A program made the position numbers and the translations under genes. Below, piece by piece: positions 26,687 through 39,614 of a stretch of DNA of 64,000 nucleotides. The DNA comes from Carcharhinus longimanus (Eukaryota): the NCBI GenBank assembly GCA_030264375.1, contig JASCQW010000122.1, positions 43,467,313 through 43,531,312 of the forward strand, in the 5' to 3' direction. The notes under the pieces are model-generated. The model saw nothing but the letters and a program-made list of their open reading frames with translations, searched no databases and was not told the origin of the DNA. The first letter of the stretch is position 1, and every line of letters starts with the position of its first letter.

Positions 26687-27039
26687 CTTTCCCCTGGTTT
26701 GGAATGGACATTGGTGGAACTCTTGTCAAACTTGTGTATTTTGAGCCAAAAGATATCACAGCTGAAGAAGAGCAGGAGGAAGTGGAGAATTTGAAGAGCA
26801 TTAGAAAATATCTGACCTCGAACATAGCTTATGGGAAGACAGGGATTCGCGATGTGCACCTGGAGCTGAAGAACTTGATCATGTGTGGACGAAAAGGGAA
26901 CTTGCATTTCATCCGCTTTCCAACGCATTCCATGCCTAAATTCATCCAAATGGGTAGAGATAAGAATTTCTCTAGTTTACACACTACAATGTGTGCTACA
27001 GGAGGTGGTGCCTACAAATTTGAGGATGATTTCAGAATG
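26687..27039 (+). CDS. PANK1: Pantothenate kinase 1, coding exon 2 (353 nt, phase 1 to phase 0)
   Basis: Translates as [45 protein letters not shown]...[16 protein letters not shown], with the DIGGT ATP-binding motif of type II PanK. Acceptor cttgttttctttgcag| and donor ATG|gtatgt. [18 protein letters not shown] and [15 protein letters not shown] match PANK1 as recalled. Confidence 0.96.
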
Positions 27040-27329
27040 GTATGTTGTAGTCATGCAACCTAATTCATGTGAGGAAACGCAGAATGTAACTTGGCGGACT
27101 GAGACACCCTATCACATCTCCCTCTTTGTGACTTTTTCTGTTCTAGTAGGAAAAATGTTGACTGTTTTCAAGCCACTCTTCATAAAAGTCTGTCCCCATC
27201 CATGTTGCTAATGTTCCTTTTGTAACTGGGTAATTAAAACTGCATGCAATATTTTAACCTCAATCACTTATTGTACAAATTCAACTTTTATTTTGGTTTT
27301 TGTTTGTTAGCACCCTATTTCTCTCCATT

Positions 27330-27860
27330 AAGAGTTTTGCTCCTGTCTCAGCTCATTTGCTGCTGAAACACTCATTCATATCTTTGTTACCTCTAGACTT
27401 GACCATTTCAATGCACTCCTGGCTGGTCTTCTACATTCTGCCTTCTAGCTTGAGCTCATCCAAAATTCTGCTATTTATCTTAATTCGCAGCAAGTCCCAT
27501 TCACCTATCACCCTTGTTCTTGCTGACCTACGTTGCCTCCCAGTAAAGTAATATCTTGATTTTAAAGATTTTCCTTGTTTTCAAATCCTTACATGGCCCT
27601 GCCATTCCCTATCACTGTAATCTCCTCCAGCCTTGTATGTCTCCGAGATATCTGCATATTTCTAGTTCTGATCCCTCGTGCATCCTGAATTTTAACCACT
27701 CCAACATTGGTGGCCATGCCTTCAGTTGCCTAGCCCCAAGCTCTAAAATGCCCTCTCTATGTATCTCTGTCCCTTTGTCTCACTTTCCTTCTGTGGTTTT
27801 GTGCCCTGTTTTATATTACTCCTATGAAGTGCCTTGGAATGTTTTGTTACAATTTATGTA
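27330..27860 (+). mobile_element. L2-type LINE 3' portion
   Basis: AETLIHIFVTSRLDHFNALLAGL and HSPITLVLADLRCLPV remnants. Confidence 0.8.
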
Positions 27861-28187
27861 ATGCTTCCAATGCATGTCTTAACTACATGAAGTAGTTTTA
27901 ACAGATAAACGTTTACATTTGGATTGGCGCATCTGTTTCTTTTTGATTGTATTTGTAACAAAAGATCTGGATATCCTTTGTGAATTAATTTTCAAGTCAA
28001 CAGGGGTAAAGTACATTTATTACTGTGGTATATCATATAAACTTTATGTAGAATAGTTCTCTTCGCAAAATAATAAAGAAGTATACCTGGCTTAGTTGGA
28101 AAAGTTCATATTATACATTACAGTTTTGAACTTTGTACTGTTCCTTGGACAAGTGGTTCAGATGTCTGTTTATTTGCTGTTTTCCAG

Positions 28188-28441
28188 ATGGCTGACTTGC
28201 AGCTTCACAAACTGGATGAGTTGGACTGTTTAATCCAAGGCCTTCTTTATATTGATTCCGTTGGGTACAATGGTCAGTCTGAGTGCTACTATTTTGAAAA
28301 ACCCACTGACCCTGACCAGTGCCAGAAAAAACCATATTGCTTAGATAACCCTTACCCAATGTTGCTGGTCAACATAGGTTCAGGGGTCAGCATCCTGGCT
28401 GTTTATTCCAAAGACAATTACAAAAGGGTGACTGGAACCAG
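28188..28441 (+). CDS. PANK1: PANK1 coding exon 3 (254 nt)
   Basis: [26 protein letters not shown]...[30 protein letters not shown]. Acceptor tgttttccag| and donor AG|gtaagc. The frame joins exons 2 and 4. Confidence 0.96.
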
Positions 28442-30571
28442 GTAAGCACATAGAGATCCATGATCGTGTCACATTGATGTTTGCATATGTATAATGGCAG
28501 ACTGATAGATTTATAATTTTATGCATGACTGTGTATTTTGCATGCCAATTTAAACCCTAGCATGGCTTATGTTTGACTATTGTGCTCGCTGTAAATTGAC
28601 TTACTGAATTGGAAACAATGTGGTGGTGTCACGTAGGAAAAGACGGAAAGGTCCTATCGCAGCAACAGACACATGATACACAATGACAGGCCTAACTCTG
28701 TGAGTTCAAGTATTTTAATCTGGCTTTTTTTCCCCCACAATTTTCTGCATGTAGGCTGTGGGCATTGAAAGGAGATAGATGGAGGGGCATCACAGCCAAA
28801 CCTGATTCTATGCCCTCCCATTGTCTACAAGGATTGCCATGTAGCAGTCTTGCTCATAGCTGATTCTAGACCCATGTACTAAAGCTAGTCCCTGTTAACA
28901 GGAAAATCACCATCGAACAAAACTGTACACTGGGGCAATTTGTTTTATACGAATCATTTGTACATTTTCTACAGACCTCTAAAGGAACTTGGTTTCAGTT
29001 CTTTTTAATGCCATTGAACTCTGCTTAATACTGTCAGTCAATATAATGAGGCTTTGGCAATTTAGCAAGCGTGTACTTGCATCAAGTGCCCAAATGAAAA
29101 GGCCAGCAGAGGGAATGTATAGTCAACTTATTTTAATACTAATGAATTAACTTCTTACATGTTAGTTCAAATTGAAGTCATATGTCACCTTACTGTTATA
29201 TTTAAATTGCTTCATTCAAGCTACTAGATTTTTTTTTTCCAAGCAAAAAAGCAATTTTGAATTTTAAAAATAGACTTTTAACATGAAATAATTTGCAGAA
29301 AGGTTAGAAGCATCTCATTTTTTGCAAGAATGGTTTCACACATTCGCAAGTAATAGTAAAAAAACTAACATTTCACAACACTTTAAAGGTCCCATAGAAA
29401 AACAAATACCACTTGAAGTGGTGTTATTTTTCTATAATGACCGCATTTATTTTTTTCAGTGTTTCCAATCAATGAGTTTGTTCCTAACACTGTGAAATAT
29501 ATAACCATATTAATAAAGCTTAAAAGATAAGAAAACTTTCAAAGCTTAGTTGTAAAAGTCAGCCATTTAATGTTAAAAGTGTCTCTCTGATATTCTTGAC
29601 CAGACAGACCTGCTGTTGTGCCCACTCAAGCTTGAGGCTTAAGCCTGGCCTTGAGTGAAAAGTCCAGCAAGCAGCGTGGGCAACCCCTACATTTGGTGAC
29701 TCCATCCCACTTGGGACATTCCTCCACCAAGGCCTCAGATTCTAATTCCCCACCCAAGGTTCTTGACCCATTCATGTTGCGCTTTGGGAGTCTGAAGTTT
29801 TTTCATGCTGAAGAAATGTTTTTTAAAAACGTACAAAATTTTGGACTGATCAGGCCTCCATCTATGGAACCATAATTTTCCACACCATATTCATCTGCAA
29901 CAATGAACCCAATATCTAAGCAAAGGGAGTTCATTGTAAGTGAGCAAAAAACTAATTTTCTGAGCAGTTGACAGTGATCAGTGTGGTCTTATTGTCAACG
30001 TGTACGTTCGAAGATCCCTGTAGTTAAATATATTTCCTCAGGACAACTGGCCAGGTAGAGGCAATAGCTTATACAAACTGGTATATGTGGTTAACTGTCA
30101 ACAAAACACACTGTTTCAGCTGAGAGAGGGTGTAACTGGGCCTTTAAGTTTTGTAATCATTGTAAAACACTTAGTTACTGATTCTTTAGTTACTGATTCT
30201 TGACCCTCCACCTGGTTGCAAGCAAATATTCCTGATCACCTTTGCCTTCCCTACTCCCATTTCCTTTCAATCCTTTCTTTTTTCATTTATCCAATCAATC
30301 AAATCTTGCTGTCATTCTACCTCAACTACGAACCGTAGAAGTGACCCTTCACAGCCTCACAATTCACTGTTTAGAAAATGTCCCTTCCCTTTGATCTAAC
30401 TTGCATTTAATTTGTATTTATGGCTCTTCATTCTAGATTATGTAACTATTGGAAACAGTGCTTCCCTCTAATGTGTGCCATCCTTTTTCACTAATTTTCA
30501 AAACTTCCTATGAAAGCACTCCTTCATCCAACAAAGAAAAGTTTTTTTTTCATATCTTATAGGAGGCAGCA

Positions 30572-30970
30572 TCATAGAACCATAGCAAATTATAGTGCAA
30601 AAAAGAGGCCATTCAGCCCATCATGTCTGCATCAGTTTAGGAAAAAAACTAGCTGCTCATTTTAATCCTATTTTCCAGCACTAGGTTCATTGTCTTGCAG
30701 GTTCCAGCACTTCAGGTACAGATCCAGGTATCTTTTTAATTAGTTGAGCATTTCTACTACCACATAGGCAGTAAATTCTATACATCTACCATCCTCTGAG
30801 TGGAAAAAGCTTTCTCTCATGTCCCCTCTATTCCTTCTACCAACTAACTATCTTAAGTCTGTGCCCCTTGATAATTGATCTCTCAGCTATGGGAAACAAG
30901 TCTTGTTTAGTCTGTCTAGGTCCCTCCAATTTTGTACACCTCAATTAGGTCATCCCTTAACCTCCCGTGG
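30572..30970 (-). mobile_element. CR1 3' end
   Basis: catagaaccatag tail, gaggccattcagccc hairpin and ORF2 C-terminal remnants. Confidence 0.7.
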
Positions 30971-32022
30971 ACCTCAACATCGCACGTAGCAATCTGAAAG
31001 TCTTAGCAATGTTTCATGTTGCTTTATTATAACCTCTTGGCTTTTACATTCTTTACCATCTGAAAGCCAGAAGTCCTTTAGTTTACTTGGCAACCTTAGG
31101 TATTGATGTTCTGTAAACTTCCTCAGTAAATCCCAATCCCTTCAAAATTATTGGGCTTTCAGTAAGTGTATAATTACCTTCTTTTTAATCATTTCAAATG
31201 GCTAAGATAACCTAACAAAGATAGGTCATCAAAACTACGTTCTTTTACGTTCATATGGATCAGTGGCACATGGTATATAATACCTGTGGGTTCATTTACC
31301 ATCTGAGCCACAGAGGAATGGGAACTATGACTTGTGATTCCTTGTGAGTTTTGACCTAGAGCATTGACTTCAGTCATGGCGCAGATACTTATTTTTGCTG
31401 GATTGTGAAGAGACGTTTCTCCTGTCAAGTGTTGTTATTTGTTAATTACCCAATGGTAAGGACAGTCTCCTGAAGCTTAGTCACTTCATGAATTCATGGA
31501 GGATCTCCTTGGAGCATTTCCTGAAGTTATCCTGTCCTAGCAGTTATTATTGTTAGTGAGAGCATAGTTTTGTCGTCTAGTGAATAGAATGGGCATTACC
31601 TGATCTGTTTGCCTTTTGAAACCCTCCTTGCATTTATTGTATGCAAGTAACTGTCAGTACATGCTGCAATAAGAATCCTTTTTCACAATTGGGCCCTTAT
31701 CTCTCAGAATACATACTTCTGTTTCATCAATTAGTCAATCCATTTTTACATCTTGTAGTTTTCACATTGCAATTTGAAACCATTTCTTCCTCATGTTCCA
31801 GAAGATTATCTCTGACAATACAACACAGAAATCAAAATCTTCAATTCCATTGTGCAACAAATGCAAGGCTTCAGTTGCAGAATGCTGACATAATCTGTTT
31901 TAGGCATAAATAATCAAGTGTTTAGTTAGAATCTGCCAAAGTACACAAGGGAATTGTGTCACATTGGCACTGTTTAGTGTGTTGCCAAATCCATTTGAAC
32001 ATTGGTTCCTTGGTTGATTGCA

Positions 32023-32172
32023 GATGTGGAGTTGCTGGCGTTGGACTGGGGTAAACACAGTAAGAAGCCTCACAACACCAGGTTAAAGTCCAACAGGTTT
32101 ATTTGGTAGCAAAAGCCACTAGCATTCGGAGCGCTGCTCCTTTGCCAGGTAAGTGGGAGTTCTGTTCACAAA
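32023..32172 (-). mobile_element. Penelope-like element terminal fragment with mutated hammerhead core
   Basis: Close match to 35378-35501. The minus strand reads CTGGCAA-A-GGAGC AGC GCTCC-GAAT-GCTA-GTG followed by AATAAA. The Penelope assignment is inferred from the hammerhead and polyA layout. Confidence 0.6.
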
Positions 32173-33151
32173 GTATCTTTATATGCCTTCATAAATATTG
32201 AGAGCTGACATCAGTTCTTAAGGCTCCTTGGTGAGTTTGAACAAAAAATTGATTTGTTTAAAAAAAACAGAATCAGCAGCTTGTACCATTCCTGAGGGGG
32301 AAAAGAATGCACAAACAAACTTGCATTCACAATGGTGCCTTGCATAACCTCAGGAGACCTAAAGCATTTTAATTAAAGCTCCAACTGGTTTAATGACACT
32401 TCTGTTTCCTTGACTTGGCGGTGTCGTTTTAACAAGATTTCCCCTTCTGATTGTGTTAAAAAGTCAGCTGTGTTCAAAACAGAAACTAAAAGTGGACTCA
32501 GGGACTGTTAAAACAACAAGGAATTGAGGGGGAAAATAAACGCAGGGCACAGTAGCACCGTTCTCGGGGGTTACTGTATCAACTATCTTTTCTCACAGCT
32601 TGTCTCTCTGCATGTAACCTGAGCTCTCATTAAGCCCTCTGGACAAAAGGGTATAGATCATGCTGCAACATAGCTGCCAACAGGATCTACAGCAATGAAA
32701 CCTGCATCAGAAAACAGGACAGCAGGCCTTACCTGCTCATGTTACTGATGCCGCCAGCCTAGGAATCAGTCACACAAAGACTATTTATAACAAAACAAGG
32801 ATTCTGACAATCCCCGTATTAACTAGAAGATACAACGTCTGGTAGAACTTGTTTCTGGCAAGAGTCAAAAGGCCAGCAGACTTGACATAAACCAGCGGGA
32901 TTTCCTTTGTCCCCGACAGAGTATCAATATTGACCCTTTCCTCGTTATAGCGCAATGTGGATTATAAATTCCAAATATTAAAATTAGACCATGCTGAATT
33001 TGGTTGAGAGACATACATCAGATATTCAGTTCTCAGAACCAAACTCAGCCCAAACAGTTTTGATATCTGCAGAATATTTTGTTTCCAACTCGTGTGATTA
33101 ACTCAACATTCCTTGTTAGCACAGATGGGTTTGAAACATTTTAGTGCCTTC

Positions 33152-33418
33152 AGTAACTTCATTGCAGTGTTAATGCAAGCCTACCTGTGACTAATAAATA
33201 AACTTTACTTTCTACATCTTTGGATACTAAGGGGGAATTAGCATGGCCAGTCCACCTAATCTGTACATCTTTGGAGTGTGGGAGGAAACCGGAGCACCTG
33301 GGAGGAAACCCACGTAGACATCGGGAGAAAGTGCAAATTCCACACAGTCACCCAAGGCCAGAGTTGAACCCAGGTCCCTGGCGCTGTGAGACAGCAGTGC
33401 CAACCACTGTGCCACCCC
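33152..33418 (-). mobile_element. HE1-type SINE (33220-33418, minus) abutting a plus-strand tail fragment (33152-33205)
   Basis: gtgggaggaaaccggagcacc V-domain and tRNA head in reverse. Confidence 0.85.
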
Positions 33419-34939
33419 TAAAGTTTGAAAATTGATCACAGATCTAACTTATTCCCACTTATCCCCTTGCACAAAGGGCAAATTCCTTACTGAGTTTTTT
33501 TTTCTGTTTAATATTGTTCATTTACTATGTTAAAGATATGCTGTAATTAAAAATTGTTATTTATTTGTTTGATTAATTGTGCTGCCACGCTAAAAGCATT
33601 CAGCATTCTTCGTGCTGTACAGCTGAAAAAAATAATAATGGTCAAGAATGCCAGGGAGTATTTGATTATCTTTAAATGAAACTTTTGACTACTGGTACAG
33701 TTGTAATTGATTGAAATATTTTTTGTCGAGGTTAACTGTCATCTGATAACTGCTCTAATTAAACAAACTGACTCGGTAGGCAAAACCTGTTCTAGCAGCT
33801 CATTTATTAATGCTTTGAGGAAGATTTTAGGCAGGACAGTGCAAAGCACAGCTTGCATTCCAGTAGCAAAAACCTTCTGTTAAATCATTACTCATACGAA
33901 AGGGTATGGCCAACAAATGCAATTCATCCACTGCTCAACTTCCCGCAAGTNNNNNNNNNNNNNNNNNNNNNNNNNNNNNNNNNNNNNNNNNNNNNNNNNN
34001 NNNNNNNNNNNNNNNNNNNNNNNNNNNNNNNNNNNNNNNNNNNNNNNNNNNNNNNNNNNNNNNNNNNNNNNNNNNNNNNNNNNNNNNNNNNNNNNNNNNN
34101 NNNNNNNNNNNNNNNNNNNNNNNNNNNNNNNNNNNNNNNNNNNNNNNNNNNNNNGGGGAAGGAGGTCAAAGTGTTTGTACCTCAGTCCTGCGACCCTTGG
34201 CCAGAGCATTTCTTCGTTTCAGCGCAGACAAGGCAGGTGCAGAAAAGGACTGCTGCTGGCTTCTAACTCTGCTGGCTGATCACTGCAACTGATGGTCAGA
34301 GCACATATCTCATTGGGATCAGCCAGCTCTGTTGTCCCAGTGGCGCCTCTTCCAAGCAGCACAGAGCAACGAAAGGGACACCAAGAAGAGCATCTCAAGC
34401 TCCTCTGGGAAGAAATCTAAAACTCAAACTGGATCGATCTCCAAGGCACTGGAGAAGCCAAGGGTGGTCAGGGGGTCATGGTATCTGCTTGCAGGCAGGT
34501 CAGCAATGAAAAGATTCTTGATGCAGTGGAAACACGGATCTAGGGGAGGTGGAAACGTGCAGAATGGGAGCTGGAATGGGTGCAATGTAGTGAGGCACAC
34601 TGCTAGGAAGTGCTGATACACTGTAGGATGAATCTCATTCTCTCGTTAGCCATATCAGTTACTCCCTCTCTCTTATAGGAACGAATTGGGTGGGAAACAT
34701 CACCATCTGTCAGGATTACAAATGAGATAAATCACAAGCACATTTGTAGTCCCAAAATGTGACAGGATGGCAAACAAATTTTTTGAACAATTACAAGCTA
34801 AGCCAGGCAAAGTGTATAATCAGTGTAACAATTACTGGATTATGCAGAAACTGAAGAAGCAGTATTTTAGTTTGAAACACCACATGACTGAACAAAAGTC
34901 AGCATCTTTTTTTGCATTTAACTTTCTAGAGATGGCCCA

Positions 34940-35147
34940 CAAAAATCTGAGGACATGTACCAACAGACTCAAGAATAGCTTCTTTCCTGCTGTCAGGCTT
35001 TTGAAAGGTCCCATCATATATTAAGATGACTTTTCTCTTCACCCTACCTGTAATTGCAACACTATATTCAGCATCTTCTCCTTTCCTTCTCCCCTATGCA
35101 CTCGATGAACAATATGTTTTGCCTGTAGAGCATGCAAGTAACAACTG
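34940..35147 (+). mobile_element. Rex1/Babar-type LINE 3' end
   Basis: KNLRTCTNRLKNSFFPAVRLL; same family as 10545-10892. Confidence 0.7.
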
Positions 35148-35377
35148 AACATAGAACAGTACAGCACAGGAACAGGCCCCTGGGCCCACAATATTGTGCC
35201 AAACATGACCCTAAATTAAACTAATTCCTTTTGCCTGCCCTTGGTCCATATTCCTCTATTCCTTGCATATTCATGTGTTTATCTAAAAGCCTTTTAAACA
35301 CCTCCAGCATATCTGCCTACACCACCATCCCTGGTAGTGCATTCCAGACACCAACCACTCTGTGTAAAAAAATCTTG

Positions 35378-35501
35378 ATGTGGATATGCCGGCGTTGGAC
35401 TGGGGTAAAAACAGTAAAAAGCCTGACAACACCAGGTTTAAGTCCAACCGATTTATTTGATAGTAAACTCACTAGCTTTCAAGGTTACCCCCTTCGTCAG
35501 G
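35378..35501 (-). mobile_element. Penelope-like terminal fragment with minimal hammerhead ribozyme core, truncated by a gap
   Basis: Minus strand CTGACGA-A-GGGG GTAA CCTT-GAAA-GCTA-GTG then AATAAA; inserted at the end of a CR1 3' fragment (35148-35375). Confidence 0.6.
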
Positions 35502-35959
35502 NNNNNNNNNNNNNNNNNNNNNNNNNNNNNNNNNNNNNNNNNNNNNNNNNNNNNNNNNNNNNNNNNNNNNNNNNNNNNNNNNNNNNNNNNNNNNNNNNNN
35601 NTATTGAATGGCGGGGCAGGCTCGAGGGGCTAGATGGCCTACTCCTGCTCCTATTTCTTATGTTCTTATGTTCTTACTGTGAATGCAGATAGTCAGCTAT
35701 ATCATGTACGAAATAAGCCAAATCCTTGTTTGTATATTGAGACCAATGTTTTTACTAGAAACCAACTCTGCTCAAGAGAAGCAATTAATCTCATTAAAGC
35801 AACTCATCGTGTTTGCAGCTAACATAGTTGCTCACACCCTGCCTCTACAGATGTCTGGTAAGCTGGGACTGTTCTCTCCTGGTTCCATTTTTAGTTATAC
35901 AGGTAGCCAAAATATCAGCTGCAATTGCTTCACTTCACACTCGGCCCCACGAATTGATC

Positions 35960-36725
35960 CTTGGCCTCTCCATTTCTCATCTAAAAGCTGCCCGTTAGCA
36001 ACATCATCTGAAAAGACAGCATTCATTTTCACAAGTACACTGACGATATGCAGTTTGACCTCACTATTACCTCTCTCGGTTTCTCTACTGTTGCTAAATT
36101 ACCAGACTGCTTATCAAAACTATAGTACTGTATGTGCAGAGATTACCTCCAGTTAAATACCGGGAAGATACTAGCCATTGTTTTCAGTTCCTACTGCAAA
36201 CTCCATTTCCTAGCTGACGTTATACCTGAAAGTGCTCAGATTAAACCAGTCTGCTTAAAATCTTGGTGTCATTACTGACCTGCGATAAATCTCATTCGTG
36301 CAATCGCTAAGAGTATCTAGTTCAACTCTAACTTAGCCCCCTGTCTCAGTACAGTGCTGCTGAAATCTACATTCATGCCTTTGTTACCTCTCGACTTGAC
36401 AACAAGCACTTGGCTGATCTCCCAATTTCTACCCTATGCACATTTAAGGCCAGTTGGCTCCCAGTCCCACTCATTTATCACCCCTGTGACCTACATTGGT
36501 TCCTGGTCAAGCAGTATCTTAGTTTTAAACCCTCATTCTTGTCTTCAAATCCTTAAAATTATCTCCCCACGCCTTTCCATCTCTCTACCTTTAGTTTACA
36601 CCTGTGCTTAAGCAAGCCTGTATATATAATGCCTCCTTATGTTGCTAGGTGCAACATAGTGCTCCTGTGGAGTGCTTTGGGATATTTTGTTATGTTTAAG
36701 AAGCTCTGCAAATGTAAGTTATTTT
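35960..36725 (+). mobile_element. Decayed L2-type LINE
   Basis: YTDDMQ (YADD) near 36035-36055, IHAFVTSRLD near 36370 and an L2 tail aaatgtaagtt. Confidence 0.7.
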
Positions 36726-36802
36726 TAATAAAGGCAGTTATGCTGAATGGTTTTTATCTGCATTTGCTTCACAACTAATGTTTTTTTTTTCCCCCTTCTC
36801 AG

Positions 36803-36979
36803 TCTTGGTGGAGGAACTTTCCTCGGCCTTTGTTGTCTGCTTACTGGCTGTGAAACCTTTGAAGAAGCTTTGGAGATGGCAGCAAAAGGAGACAGCACTA
36901 ATGTAGATAAATTAGTTAAAGATATCTACGGAGGGGACTATGAGCGGTTTGGCTTACTGGGATGTGCGGTAGCTTCCAG
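36803..36979 (+). CDS. PANK1: PANK1 coding exon 4 (177 nt)
   Basis: (S)[58 protein letters not shown]. Long polypyrimidine tract plus ag acceptor; donor AG|gtaaga. Confidence 0.96.
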
Positions 36980-38027
36980 GTAAGAGCCAACTGAGTAACC
37001 TATTTGCATTCATGTGACAGGGTAGGGATTTGCATCGCATTGAAACTGCTTGGGGCTGGGAAGATGCATAGCCAACTGCACTGTTTTTATATCCTCAAAT
37101 TCCCATCGATTGTGCGTGCTACTTCTGTAGTTTTTAATAAGTTCTTGAGCATTTTTGAGATCTACCTCCTCCTGTTCACAGCCTGCAACTCACCATCAGG
37201 AGAAAGCATGGCAGCAGATAAACCCTGCCTGACTTTTCTTTGCAAGCATTCTTGCTGGTCCTTGAATGATTTGGTTCAATTTGAAGCTTTGCTGGGCCTT
37301 GACTAACACACTGGTTGATGACAGATTCAGGGCTTTAAATTTGCTGCAGTTGGCATCACATAGTGTTCCCAGTTAGCCTTTTTCTATTGTTATTTGGCTC
37401 AAAGATTTTGTTGCAAGTTACTGGAAATGCAAGCTGATAGGAAACGGGCGACTGAGAATAATATACATTTGGTACAGAAGAAGAAATGGCTTGTTTGAGT
37501 TGAGGGAGAGGGATAAAAGGAAGAAAACTATCTTCAAATTTGCAGTCTCTCAACGATTTTCTGCTTACGGAAATGTGACTGCACTGTCGCCTTTAATTTG
37601 TTCAATTTTGGGATGTAAAAACATAAATCTGGGAATTGAAAAGGTACAGATAGTGTTAAGTACCAGCCCTACGACATGGTAAATTAGCAGTTAATGTGCA
37701 AATACAGAAACTTCGTGCATCTTATGGGGGAGCTGAGAGTAAGCTGCTGTTTTCACAGGGCTAACAATAGAGCAATGTAAATAGTCTATCATTTTATGCT
37801 GATTCACATTTAACAGTGGAATCTCTCCCTTGCCACAAGTTGCTGGACAATTCACACAATCATGGTTAGACCCATTTGTTTGTTTTTCTTTGCTTTTTGA
37901 GCAGGTAGATGCGAAACTTGTGCAAGTGAGAGGAAGGTAGGTTACTATGCCTCTCACTGGATTATCGTGAGGGGAAGGGATGTTACTGCATGTTTCTTGG
38001 GTTATAGTCAGAGGGAGGCAGGTATAA

Positions 38028-38325
38028 GTTTTTTTTTTAAAGTTTATTTATTAGTGTCACAACTAGGCGTACATTAACACTGCAATGAAGTTACTGCAAG
38101 AATCCCCTAGTCGCCACATTCCAGTGCCTGTTCGGGTACATTAAGGGAGAATTTAGCATGGCCAATACACCTAATCAGCACGTCTTCCGGACTGCGGGAG
38201 GAAACCGGAGCACCCGGAAGAAACTCACGAAGACGTGGGGAGAACATGCAAACTCCGCACAGACAGTGATTGAAGCTGGGAATTGAACCCAGGTCCCTGG
38301 CGTTGAGGCAGCAGTGTGCCTCCAT
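38028..38325 (-). mobile_element. HE1-related SINE with alternative tail
   Basis: Complete head, V-domain and tail ending in a poly-T run on the + strand. Confidence 0.88.
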
Positions 38326-39614
38326 GTCGGTTACTGTGTTTTATTGGGTTATAGTTAGTGAAGGCGTGGCAGATTACTGTGTGTTTCACTGGATTATAGT
38401 TAGGGAGAGGAAACAGGGTTCCTGCAAATGTACCTCTTATCTGCTTCAGCACTTAAACTAAACATAATAAATAAACATCAGGTTTTAGAGGTGCATTTGT
38501 TTGAATAGAGCCCCACTGAACATTTTCATAGCTCTGATATTGCTGTTTTTTTTTGTGACCTACCCATATTTTATTTTTATTCAGTATGAGTAGATGCTTT
38601 TGGCCTTCATTGACTAAGTTGCTCTAGGAAGTAGGTGACAAGGCACTTTCTTAAACTGCTGCATTTAACAGTCCAATAAATGGAGTGGTTTGTTCCGCCG
38701 CTTTGCAGGAAAGTTCGAAATCAATCATTTTGGTGTCTGGCTGACATCACTTAAATGACAGGCCAGGAGTGGGCAATTTCCATCCTTAAAAACCAGTTAA
38801 ATCTTTTTACCATCTGACTGACAGCTTTCATGGTCACTTCTACTGATGTAGTAACCTGCCACGGTGAGATTGGAACTGGTTTATCGATTCTTGATCTGGA
38901 CTACAAGTCAAGTAACATCCCCATAACATTATGGTACTGCAAAGTGAACCATGTTGATTAGAATTTTGTTGTAGTCAGTGAGAGTCTATTATCGTTGAAG
39001 CTTCTCAAATTGTGTTAATTACTTCCAACAAGCCCCTGGGTATTTTTGTGATGGTATCTTTTGCATGTTTAAAATGGGAAGCAAAGCCAACTTGCCTCTA
39101 TATTTAGTGATTCACCTGCCATCCTGATCCCAAGCTGTATTGCTGGACAGCTGAAGTGGCACAGATTAGAAACAGAAGGAAGTTAGAGAGTGCTAGTATA
39201 TTAAGCAGCAAAAGGATTTAAATAGCAATGTTCAATCATGTTATTGGAGGCATATCATGGACTGCTGAACAGTGGAAAGGAAATTGAGGGTGACATTTGT
39301 AGACCATTAAAGATGCAAGTATTAGCAACCAAGTTACAAGAGTAGATTTTAATTAGCTGGTAAATTAGAATATGGAATATGATTAATTGAAGGGAGGAGG
39401 TTTCTTTTTGCAGAGTATTCAGAATGATTTTCTGAGTGAAAACTCCAACATGGAAGGAACCTGGTTTTATGTGATGAACTGGAGCAAGCAGACCACCTGA
39501 AACTAGGGATACATTTGGAGAAAGAGTGACCACACTATAACTACTATGACTAGAAAAAGAAAATGAAAAGTTGAGGACATGTAAAAGAATAACTTGGTGA
39601 GGTAAATACAGAAA

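Noticed and set aside
29620-29660. CTCAAGCTTGA...GGCCTTGAG similar to 14462-14490
   Set aside because: Similarity does not extend into the Sm-like or tail regions, so it is not counted as a fourth U2-derived copy.
30171-30200. 15-bp tandem duplication TTAGTTACTGATTCT x2
   Set aside because: Ordinary local slippage.
32140-32156. Minus-strand ACTTACCTGGCA resembling the U1 5' end
   Set aside because: It is the mutated stem I and core of the Penelope-like hammerhead; similarity to U1 stops after 12 nt.
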